This document shows positions 50,908 through 59,197 of a DNA stretch of 64,000 nt, piece after piece; position 1 is the first letter of the stretch, and each line of letters opens with the position of its first letter. The DNA is from a bacterium (lineage in GTDB: Bacteria > Patescibacteriota > Dojkabacteria > SC72). Both the position numbers and the translations under genes were made by a program. The DNA lies in the NCBI GenBank assembly GCA_021108295.1, contig JAIORF010000102.1, forward strand, positions 295,963 through 359,962, in the 5' to 3' direction. The notes under the pieces were generated by a model. The model was not told the DNA's origin and ran no database searches. It was given only the letters and a program-made list of their open reading frames with translations.

Positions 50908-51009
50908 TCTACAAACACCCTCACAGACTTCTTTTTCTATGAAAGATTTTGTATAATATAACCTTACACATTGTAGAATGTGAAGTATTTATATTACACC
51001 TAAGTAACC

Positions 51010-51606
51010 ATGAAAATAGCTATAATCCTCCTCTATGGTCTATACGACCCCAAAAATACTAACTACCAAGCATATTTCGACTTTCTAATTACAGAAATTA
51101 AAAAACAGAAATTCGACAAAGTAATACTCTGTGGAGGCTATACATTCCCTCATATAGAAAATATCTCTGAAGCAGAATCTGCAAAAAGATATCTACAATC
51201 AAAATCTCAGTATGATGACTACATCCTCGAGGATAAGTCTATAAACACTAATCAAAACTTAGAATTTGCCTCAAAACACATATCTAGCAAAGACGACTTG
51301 TTTGTATACGGCGATTGGATAAGGATAGCAAAAATATCTTGGATATCTGCACACTTCCTTCTTAAAGAAAGCCTTGAGAACATCTTTAATGCAATGATGC
51401 AATTTGTATACAAAAAGGAGCCCTACAAACCATTCACCATGAAGAACCTAACTGTAATAGGGTATGATTTCAAAGGAAAATCTAAAGAAGAGATGGTAGG
51501 ACAAACTTTCGCGACTCTCTTCGATGTCATTTCTCTATACAACAAAGACTTTGAGAAACAAAATATAGATCAAAGAAAGAAAGATTTCGGATTAAATAAC
51601 TCTTAA
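51010..51606 (+). CDS. YdcF/DUF218 family protein
   Basis: VILCGG, SEAESA, ILEDKSINTNQNLEFA. Confidence 0.78.
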   Translation: MKIAIILLYGLYDPKNTNYQAYFDFLITEIKKQKFDKVILCGGYTFPHIENISEAESAKRYLQSKSQYDDYILEDKSINTNQNLEFASKHISSKDDLFVYGDWIRIAKISWISAHFLLKESLENIFNAMMQFVYKKEPYKPFTMKNLTVIGYDFKGKSKEEMVGQTFATLFDVISLYNKDFEKQNIDQRKKDFGLNNS

Positions 51607-51612
51607 CACCCT

Positions 51613-52233
51613 ATGGAACAAAATCTATTAGACAACCTAAAACAAATACACTCAGAAGTTATCAAGAACTACAAAGCTATTCCTAAACTAACTGAACTAC
51701 AAGCAGAAGCAAACAAGGCTTTTGACAAGCGAATAGAACAACTTCTTTCAAAGAAAGATCTTGTAAGGAAAATAAAGGTACCTAAGATACATATCAAGCT
51801 CTGGAAACACAAAGATAAAAGAATCAAGATACCTATAAACTGGAAATATCTTCTAAGTGCACCCTTTATATACGGTATGTTCACTCCCTCAGTAGTCTTT
51901 CATATTGCAATAGAGATATATCATCAAATATGTTTCAGACTCTACGGTATTCCTCTTGTAGACTCTAAGGAATACTTTATATACGATCGACAACTTTTCG
52001 ATATGTTAAATACCTGGGAGAAGATAAATTGTAAATATTGTAGCTATATTAACAACCTTATTCGATATAGTGCAGAGATAGGAGGTCGTACAGAGAGATA
52101 TTGGTGTCCAATAAAGTACTACCGAAGGGTTGATAATGTACATTCACAGTATACAAAGTTTGTAGATGGTGATGACGAGAAGGAAATGAGAGAGAAATGG
52201 GAAGAACTACGTGATTTTTCGGATTTGGAGTAG
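51613..52233 (+). CDS. Conserved Cys-containing hypothetical protein
   Basis: YHQICFRLYGIP, KINCKYCSYIN, TERYWCPIK. Confidence 0.72.
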   Translation: MEQNLLDNLKQIHSEVIKNYKAIPKLTELQAEANKAFDKRIEQLLSKKDLVRKIKVPKIHIKLWKHKDKRIKIPINWKYLLSAPFIYGMFTPSVVFHIAIEIYHQICFRLYGIPLVDSKEYFIYDRQLFDMLNTWEKINCKYCSYINNLIRYSAEIGGRTERYWCPIKYYRRVDNVHSQYTKFVDGDDEKEMREKWEELRDFSDLE

Positions 52234-52237
52234 ATAT

Positions 52238-52876
52238 ATGAAAAACTTACACATTAGAATAACAACAATACTCCTAATCCTACTCACCTACTTCGTTCTA
52301 GTACCCTCACTAATCCTCCAATACGGTAAAAGCAAAATATATACAGACATCAGTAAAATACCAACCTACAACATAGCCATAGTCTTTGGAGCTGGACTAA
52401 AACCAGACGGAACACCAAACGATATGCTAGAAGACAGACTAGACACAGCAGTTGAACTCTACAACGAAGGGAAAATAGAAAAACTCCTCCTCTCTGGAGA
52501 CAACTCCCTAGAAGAATACAACGAACCACAAGCAATGTACGAATACCTCACACTCATCAAAGAACTACCACCAGAAGATGTAGTACGCGACTTTGCAGGA
52601 CTAAGAACATATGACACATGTGCAAGAGCTAAAAACATTTGGAATATAGATGAAGCAATACTCATATCACAAGGCTACCACCTCTCAAGAGCAATATTCA
52701 CATGCAATACGCTAGGAGTAGAAAGTACAGGATTCTCTGCTACCAAAGATATATACATAGGAGAGACATACTACAAACTAAGAGAAATACTAGCTATACA
52801 CAAAGCCCTAATAGACATATATATAATCCACCCTGAATACATAGGGGGAGAAGTAGAGACAGATTTCCTTAATTAA
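52238..52876 (+). CDS. SanA/ElyC (DUF218) family protein
   Basis: AIVFGAG, LEDRLD, LLSGDN, DFAGLRTYDTC, SQGYHLSRA, LRE. Confidence 0.9.
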   Translation: MKNLHIRITTILLILLTYFVLVPSLILQYGKSKIYTDISKIPTYNIAIVFGAGLKPDGTPNDMLEDRLDTAVELYNEGKIEKLLLSGDNSLEEYNEPQAMYEYLTLIKELPPEDVVRDFAGLRTYDTCARAKNIWNIDEAILISQGYHLSRAIFTCNTLGVESTGFSATKDIYIGETYYKLREILAIHKALIDIYIIHPEYIGGEVETDFLN

Positions 52877-53877
52877 ACAAACTTCATACCCATAGCTTTC
52901 TCCACTTCACTGATTACCTCCCTTGCATTAGCCTTAGCCAACCTCTTACCCTTCTCTAATACCCCTAATACATAATCATCAGATACTGAAGCCTTCTTCT
53001 TCTGAAAAGCCTTTAGAAACCCTTCCATCACCTCCATCAAAAGGCTCTTAAACTCACCCATTACCTGCTCCCCATCCAAATGCTTCTGTAAGATACTCTC
53101 AAATTCATTTTTCTGTTCATCAGTAGATACATAATCAGCAATTAGCTTCAAACTCTTTAAATCCTCACTCATATCCCCTGCAAAAGCACTCTTTGCTCGC
53201 TTAATCTTCTTGAGAGAAACATCAATATCATCATCCAGTAATATTGCACCATTAGGCTCACTCTTACTCATCTTCTTACCACTACCAGTAAGTGAAAGGA
53301 TATTGATTCCTTCACCACTATCAAGTGGCTTTGAAGCTAGAAATACATCCCCATACTTTTTGTTAAAACGCTTTACCAAATCATTTGTAACCTCTAAATG
53401 AACATACTGATCCTTGCCCACAGGAACATACCTAGAACCCTGAAGTAATATATCAGCAGCCATCATTACAGGGTAAAAAGCAAGAAGAGTATTAGCTGTA
53501 GCTTCACCATTCCCTTTTTTAATTTTCTCTTTAAGAGTAGGTACTCTAAGTAGTTCTGCTACTGTAATTAATCTAGAAAGATATATGGTCAACTTACTAA
53601 CCTCATCCATTATCTGACTCTGCACAAAAAGATCCACCTTCTTTGGATCTAGACCAGCTGCAATGTAATCTTTGATAACGGAAAGAACATTACCCTGAGT
53701 TTCACTAGGCTCTTCAGTTGTAAGACTGTGTAAATCTGCAACAAAAATCATTGGCTTGCCCAATGAACCATCTTGCATAATGCGAAGTATTGGATCAACA
53801 ACACCTATTAGATTAGCAATACTCATACCAGAAGTAGCTCTCATTCCAGTAAATATATCTGTTTTGTAATTTTTCAT
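52873..53877 (-). CDS. trpS: Tryptophan--tRNA ligase
   Basis: FVADLHSLT, YPVMMAADIL, VPVGKDQ, KMSKS. Confidence 0.95.
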   Translation of the reverse strand: MKNYKTDIFTGMRATSGMSIANLIGVVDPILRIMQDGSLGKPMIFVADLHSLTTEEPSETQGNVLSVIKDYIAAGLDPKKVDLFVQSQIMDEVSKLTIYLSRLITVAELLRVPTLKEKIKKGNGEATANTLLAFYPVMMAADILLQGSRYVPVGKDQYVHLEVTNDLVKRFNKKYGDVFLASKPLDSGEGINILSLTGSGKKMSKSEPNGAILLDDDIDVSLKKIKRAKSAFAGDMSEDLKSLKLIADYVSTDEQKNEFESILQKHLDGEQVMGEFKSLLMEVMEGFLKAFQKKKASVSDDYVLGVLEKGKRLAKANAREVISEVEKAMGMKFV

Positions 53878-53925
53878 TTTATTTTTATTTAATTAATTAA
53901 TTAATATATTGTACAGATTCTTGTG

Positions 53926-53953
53926 AAAAACAAAAACCCCACATATGTGGGGT
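53926..53953 (-). terminator. Attenuator terminator upstream of trpS
   Basis: ACCCCACATATGTGGGGT hairpin followed by TTTTGTTTTT. Confidence 0.85.
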
Positions 53954-53981
53954 ATATAATTCATATGAAAAAACAAAATTA

Positions 53982-54038
53982 CTACCCCAAAAGGTAGCTC
54001 CACCAAAACATTATTGTATTAATCTTATTGTTTTCCAT
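53982..54038 (-). CDS. trpS leader peptide MENNKINTIMFWWSYLLG
   Basis: 18-codon uORF with tandem TGG TGG; TATAAT 5 nt upstream; alternative hairpins downstream. Confidence 0.8.
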   Translation of the reverse strand: MENNKINTIMFWWSYLLG

Positions 54039-54122
54039 ACGTTATTATACAACATCCCTACATTTTAAACTACTTGAGAATAATGTAACATGTATTAGAA
54101 ATTAAAATTAATATACACACCA

Positions 54123-54503
54123 ATGACAAAGAACAAACAAATATACAAATGTGGAATATGTGGAAATGTTGTAGAAATACTACACGAAGGATCAGATACT
54201 CTTGTATGCTGCAAGAAGCCAATGAGACTACTACAAGAACAAAATGACGAACATGGATTAGAAAAACATGTACCAATAGTTAAGCAAAATGGACAAACTG
54301 TAATTGTTACAGTAGGCAGTACTACACACCCTATGGAGGACTCACACTATATCGAATGGGTTGAGTTAATAGTAGATGGAGAAATACTAAGAAAACATTT
54401 TACTCCTACGGATAAGGCAGAGGTCAAGTTTTTAATTACTCGACCATCCCTTGAGATAAGGGCTAGAGCATACTGCAACGTACATGGGCTTTGGAGAAGT
54501 TAA
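54123..54503 (+). CDS. dfx: Desulfoferrodoxin (superoxide reductase)
   Basis: YKCGICGN...CC, EKHVP, HPMEDSHYIEW, YCNVHGLW. Confidence 0.95.
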   Translation: MTKNKQIYKCGICGNVVEILHEGSDTLVCCKKPMRLLQEQNDEHGLEKHVPIVKQNGQTVIVTVGSTTHPMEDSHYIEWVELIVDGEILRKHFTPTDKAEVKFLITRPSLEIRARAYCNVHGLWRS

Positions 54504-56182
54504 AGTGACTCTCTAGCTGTCTCTAACAATTCTAGAAGCAATGTAGCATCCTCCTCGTCTGCAATATTAACTTGCAACGCACTATCAAAAATAGTCGGTG
54601 TAATCTTTGTCTGAATCAATTCCCCCTCTTTGAAATAGTGTGTAAGAACCATCCCCTGCCTTGTACCTATCCATGGAGTCTGATCAAAGTAAAGATTACC
54701 AAGACCATAAAAGATTACTCCATCTCCATACAACTCATACGTCTGTGGCTGATGTGCCTGTGTACCAACTACAATATCTGCACCATAATCAATGGCCTTT
54801 CTAAAAGTCGAAGCCTGTCTATAAACTGGCTTGTAACACAAAGGATAAATCTCATCAGAAGGAGGATAGCTATAACACTCACTAAATTGGAAATCTACAA
54901 TTACAACATCAACCTCATCCCTTATCTCCTCAATATTCTCCTGCATCTTACTCTCAGAGTAAAAATTAGCACCAGCACGAGAAGTATTTGCAATTGCGCT
55001 TGTACCAAGCACACTATCGAAGTAATTATAACCAAGAAATGCTATCTTACTCCCATCAATCTCTACAACATATGGCTTAGCACTATCTTCTGCATCCAAT
55101 CCCCCACCAAAATAGGCTATATCCTCTTCAATATATGTATTTATAGTTTCAGTATTATACTTACTACCAAAATCATTATTATGATTTCCCGTAAGCTCTA
55201 CTACATCCACACCACTTGCAAACAATGTCTCTATATACTCCGGTCTTGAACAAAACTTCATACCACTGTAGCTAGTACAACCCTCTACAAACGAGGTCTC
55301 ACTAGAAACATGGGTAAGATCAGCATCAGCTAGAAATTCTCCTATCAATTCTGCAGGATAGTCATAATCCTTCTTCTGATCCATTACTTGCCCCAACCTT
55401 CTAGTAAGAGCAGTAACTCCAGTCATATTAACCTTAGCTATACCATCTACACCAAAACCGTTACTATCAATATTTACATTCTTTTGTATAATACTAGCGA
55501 TAAAGGCAAGATTGTACTGCTTAGACTCAATAGTCAGTGATACAGGCAAACCACTATCGAACGTATCAAGATAATACTTACCCTCCACCTTAAGTAACTT
55601 AAGTTCTTTACTCAACTCTTCGGGTTTAATTAAACCGATATGATTACCCTCTCCCCCCTCTATACTCTCAATCATACTCTCCACTACCTCTAAGGATATT
55701 TCAGGATAGAAAGAGGTGAGAAACCCTTCATACTCTTCATATGCCAAAATGGATATTAACGTTGAAAAACGCCCACCTATTAGCTCTTTACTAGAGATGG
55801 AATCATCTATCCAATACATATGCCCTACAGGCAAAAGATACTCAGAGAAGAGTGTATACTCCCCTATACCATAATCAATACTTACATCCGCACTCTGTTT
55901 ATTCTCTACAATATTAAACCTTGAAACACCATTAAACTTAATCTTCATTAAATCCGTACTAACCCTTTCCCTATACTCTTCTTTTACTAACTCTCCAATA
56001 TATACATCAAATGTCTCATACATGACTTGGGTCGAATTACCACCCACTACAAAGTCTATTGCATGTTTGGCTAAAGCCCCATCAGTAATGAAGAAATAGA
56101 GAAAAATAGCTAAAAATGGTATAATAGGTATAGGTAGATATATATACCATCTACTTTCCCCTTTCTTTAACTCTTTCTTCAT
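54500..56182 (-). CDS. CapA family (PGA_cap) metallophosphoesterase-like membrane protein
   Basis: ELTGNHNNDFG, GADIVVGTQAHQPQ, FYGLGNLYFDQ; start at MKKEL after TGGTATATT. Confidence 0.85.
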   Translation of the reverse strand: MKKELKKGESRWYIYLPIPIIPFLAIFLYFFITDGALAKHAIDFVVGGNSTQVMYETFDVYIGELVKEEYRERVSTDLMKIKFNGVSRFNIVENKQSADVSIDYGIGEYTLFSEYLLPVGHMYWIDDSISSKELIGGRFSTLISILAYEEYEGFLTSFYPEISLEVVESMIESIEGGEGNHIGLIKPEELSKELKLLKVEGKYYLDTFDSGLPVSLTIESKQYNLAFIASIIQKNVNIDSNGFGVDGIAKVNMTGVTALTRRLGQVMDQKKDYDYPAELIGEFLADADLTHVSSETSFVEGCTSYSGMKFCSRPEYIETLFASGVDVVELTGNHNNDFGSKYNTETINTYIEEDIAYFGGGLDAEDSAKPYVVEIDGSKIAFLGYNYFDSVLGTSAIANTSRAGANFYSESKMQENIEEIRDEVDVVIVDFQFSECYSYPPSDEIYPLCYKPVYRQASTFRKAIDYGADIVVGTQAHQPQTYELYGDGVIFYGLGNLYFDQTPWIGTRQGMVLTHYFKEGELIQTKITPTIFDSALQVNIADEEDATLLLELLETARESL

Positions 56183-56204
56183 ACTATCAATATACCACAG
56201 AAGA

Positions 56205-56218
56205 AGGCCTGGCATAGG
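56205..56218 (-). promoter_or_regulatory. CCTATGCCAGGCCT promoter-proximal element (copy 1)
   Basis: 10 nt upstream of the capA-like -10; recurs at 62420 and 62494. Confidence 0.6.
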
Positions 56219-56270
56219 GGTGTATGGTATAATATACTATGGGGTGTTACATAAGATTATATTAATAATA

Positions 56271-56882
56271 ATGAAAAATACCTTACAAATAAACAAAAAG
56301 AAGATATTACCCGTTATTACAGGGATACTGTTTGTGGCACTAACTTTAAAAAGTGTTAGTGAAGCTACACCTACATCAATATTAAATCTCGACTATTCTA
56401 GAGATATTACAGTTTCTGCTGCAAATACAGTAGAGATAGAACAAAGCAATATAGAAGATTTAGATATTAACAAAACACATAACACTACCAACACAACTAT
56501 TGCTTCAGCAAGCAATCAAGTAAAAATTGAGAATATTAGGAAATATCTAACAAAGAGGAACTCTCCACTAGCTGACTATGCTAAGGAGTTTGTAGATGCT
56601 GCAAACCATTACGGTATTGACTATAGACTAGTAGCCGCTATCTCCATTATCGAATCTAGTGGTGGTATTCACTGTTTTAGAACCTATAACGCCTGGGGTT
56701 GGGGTAAAAGTGGATTTGACTCATGGGAAGACGGAATATGGAGTGTATCTAAGGGTCTTGGGAAATACTACGCTGGTGGTAGAGATACCCCAGAAAAAAT
56801 TGCAACTAGATACTGTCCTCCAAATGCAGTTAAGTGGGGAAATAATGTATCATACATTATGAACCTAATTGAAAATCAATAA
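56271..56882 (+). CDS. Exported lysozyme/glucosaminidase-like protein
   Basis: YGIDYRLVAAISIIESSGG, YNAWGWG, YCPP; paralog of 3049..3774. Confidence 0.7.
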   Translation: MKNTLQINKKKILPVITGILFVALTLKSVSEATPTSILNLDYSRDITVSAANTVEIEQSNIEDLDINKTHNTTNTTIASASNQVKIENIRKYLTKRNSPLADYAKEFVDAANHYGIDYRLVAAISIIESSGGIHCFRTYNAWGWGKSGFDSWEDGIWSVSKGLGKYYAGGRDTPEKIATRYCPPNAVKWGNNVSYIMNLIENQ

Positions 56883-56885
56883 CTT

Positions 56886-57578
56886 ATGCAAACTAAGTTA
56901 GCAAAGTATACAATCAGTTACCTCAATGAGCAGGAGTATCATTATCTCAAAAACGAAATCTTCACCAACAATTGTTACTCCTTTGAAACTGACAAGGAAG
57001 ACCCACTCATTATTGATGTTGGAGCACACATTGGCTTATCTATCCTCTATTTCAAAAGAGAATACCCCAACTCAAGAATAGTTGCTTTTGAACCAAATCC
57101 AATTACAGTTCAAGTGCTTAATGAGAATATCTTTAATAATAATCTCGATGATATAGAGATACACGAAAGTGCCATATGGGTAGAAGATGGGATTAAGAAA
57201 ATGTATATCGACAACACAGAACAAGATAGATACTCTGTCGCTTCTTTCAACAAGAATTGTTGGAATGGTACTGTAAAAAGCAAATTGATTAGTGTAAAGA
57301 CAGAAAGATTAGACAAATATGTAAACCAAGATATTGATTTACTCAAGCTAGATATTGAAGGAGCTGAGCAAAGGGTACTGAAGAGTATAAAAAGGTATTT
57401 CTGTAATATTAAGAATATCATTTTCGAATATCACCCTACACATGGCCAAGACATCAAGAAGATATTAGAACTTTTAGATACACATTATGACATTCGCATA
57501 TATCAAAATGGCAAAGAAATTAAAAAGAATATTCCCAACAACAAACTCTTACTAGTAAATGCTACCTATAAAAAGTAA
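56886..57578 (+). CDS. FkbM family methyltransferase
   Basis: IDVGAHIG, AFEPNP, LLKLDIEGAE, FEYH. Confidence 0.92.
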   Translation: MQTKLAKYTISYLNEQEYHYLKNEIFTNNCYSFETDKEDPLIIDVGAHIGLSILYFKREYPNSRIVAFEPNPITVQVLNENIFNNNLDDIEIHESAIWVEDGIKKMYIDNTEQDRYSVASFNKNCWNGTVKSKLISVKTERLDKYVNQDIDLLKLDIEGAEQRVLKSIKRYFCNIKNIIFEYHPTHGQDIKKILELLDTHYDIRIYQNGKEIKKNIPNNKLLLVNATYKK

Positions 57579-58581
57579 GTATCTTACCAAAAAATCTTCC
57601 CCACTTACTTCTAAATATTTTGTATAGAGCGTCACCCAACTTCTTAGGCTCGTGTCTAACCAAACTTCTAGTAAGTGTATCTCCCTTAACCTCCTGAATT
57701 ATAGAGTTCGCTACTAAATCACCTCTTACAATAACCCTATCACCACCATCTGAAAGATCATCTTTAAAAACCTCTTCTCCATCCTCTTTATATCTCCTAA
57801 AGGCATCTTCAGGTAATCTACCATTATTAATCAAAACAAAATCAAACTTCCTTCCTACATAACCCTCCATCATCTCAAGCATACTTTTTTGTGTAAACCC
57901 CCTAGTCTGTCCAATCTTGGACATAAGGTTGGGGATAAAGATAAGGCTAGCTTTTGTTTCTTGCAATGCCTGTGCAATACCAGGAACAATAATATTAGCT
58001 AAAGTTGTTGTATACATATCACCTGGACCTATAATTATAAAATCAGACTCCATTATCTTCTCTATAGCACCCTTATACGCCTTTACTTTCGAGCTAAGAT
58101 AGAACTTCGTAATACTTTTATCAACCTCTGGCTCATCAATTAGATGCTCCCCTTCTACCTTACTCCCATCATCATATTCCGCAACCAGCTTTGTATCATC
58201 AAGTGTCACCGGTAAAATACTCCCTCTCACACTAAATAGATATTTAAACGCTCCAATCGCTTCTATCTCCGAACCTGCAATATCAACCATTGCAATCATC
58301 AAAAGATTTCCCAGTGTATGACCTTTCAGTCCATTACCATCTGAGAATCGATAGGTAAATAAGTCCCTAATCCAATTATTCTCATTCTCCTCTGACAGTG
58401 CAATTATCGATTTCCTTAAATCACTTAGTGGTAATATTCCAAACTCATCTCTAATTACTGCGTTACTTCCTCCATCATCCATCATTCCAACAATGACAGA
58501 GAGATCCAACTCCCCATATCGTTTAAGTCCCTCTAAGACATTTGACGTACCCGTTCCTCCACCTATTAGTGTAATATTCAT
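57562..58581 (-). CDS. yvcK: YvcK/GlmR (UPF0052) family protein
   Basis: IGGGTG, DDGGS, GHTLGNL, IGPGD, VRH. Confidence 0.9.
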   Translation of the reverse strand: MNITLIGGGTGTSNVLEGLKRYGELDLSVIVGMMDDGGSNAVIRDEFGILPLSDLRKSIIALSEENENNWIRDLFTYRFSDGNGLKGHTLGNLLMIAMVDIAGSEIEAIGAFKYLFSVRGSILPVTLDDTKLVAEYDDGSKVEGEHLIDEPEVDKSITKFYLSSKVKAYKGAIEKIMESDFIIIGPGDMYTTTLANIIVPGIAQALQETKASLIFIPNLMSKIGQTRGFTQKSMLEMMEGYVGRKFDFVLINNGRLPEDAFRRYKEDGEEVFKDDLSDGGDRVIVRGDLVANSIIQEVKGDTLTRSLVRHEPKKLGDALYKIFRSKWGRFFGKILTFYR

Positions 58582-58653
58582 ATCTAATTATACACAAAGA
58601 TTTCATTAATGTAATGTGGTATAATGGGATATTAATATGTGAATTATCGCAAT

Positions 58654-59178
58654 ATGGCTTTAAAAGTTGGCTCAAAGGTTTTTTACCCCACACATGGTGC
58701 AGGATTTATAAAGGATAAGAAGTATATAGAGTTTAATGGTGAAGAGAAAGAGTACTTCGTGTTTGATTTAATCAATAGTCCTTTAGCTATTTCTACCCCC
58801 GTAGAGAATCTTGAGATGCTTGGTATCAGACCTGTACTTAAGTCAACAGAGATTAAAGCAAAAGTTAAAATTCTTAAAAAAACTCCTACCATTAATCCTA
58901 AGAATAAAGATTTCAACGAATTAATCTCTATTTTCGAAGATTTAAACAAGAATGCTGATATTGATTCTGCTATTAGAGTTATACAGCATTGTAATTTTGT
59001 TAAAGCAGAAAGAATTGCAGATGGAAGACTCATTCCTGTTACAATCGAGAAAGAACTTGATAAAGCAATACTAGATATTGTTGGAGAATTGGCTATTTCT
59101 GCAGGGATTAAACTTACTACAGCAGCAGAACAGTTAATGAAGGTCACAGGGATAGAAGAAATTGAAGTAGAGGATTAA
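58654..59178 (+). CDS. carD: CarD family transcriptional regulator
   Basis: LKVGSKVFYPTHGAG...GIRPV. Confidence 0.85.
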   Translation: MALKVGSKVFYPTHGAGFIKDKKYIEFNGEEKEYFVFDLINSPLAISTPVENLEMLGIRPVLKSTEIKAKVKILKKTPTINPKNKDFNELISIFEDLNKNADIDSAIRVIQHCNFVKAERIADGRLIPVTIEKELDKAILDIVGELAISAGIKLTTAAEQLMKVTGIEEIEVED

Positions 59179-59197
59179 TTAACCCACTACTCAACTC

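Noticed and set aside
48078-53953. Both strong terminators have a CATATG centre
   Set aside because: Two instances of a 6-bp palindrome at hairpin centres is weak evidence of anything.
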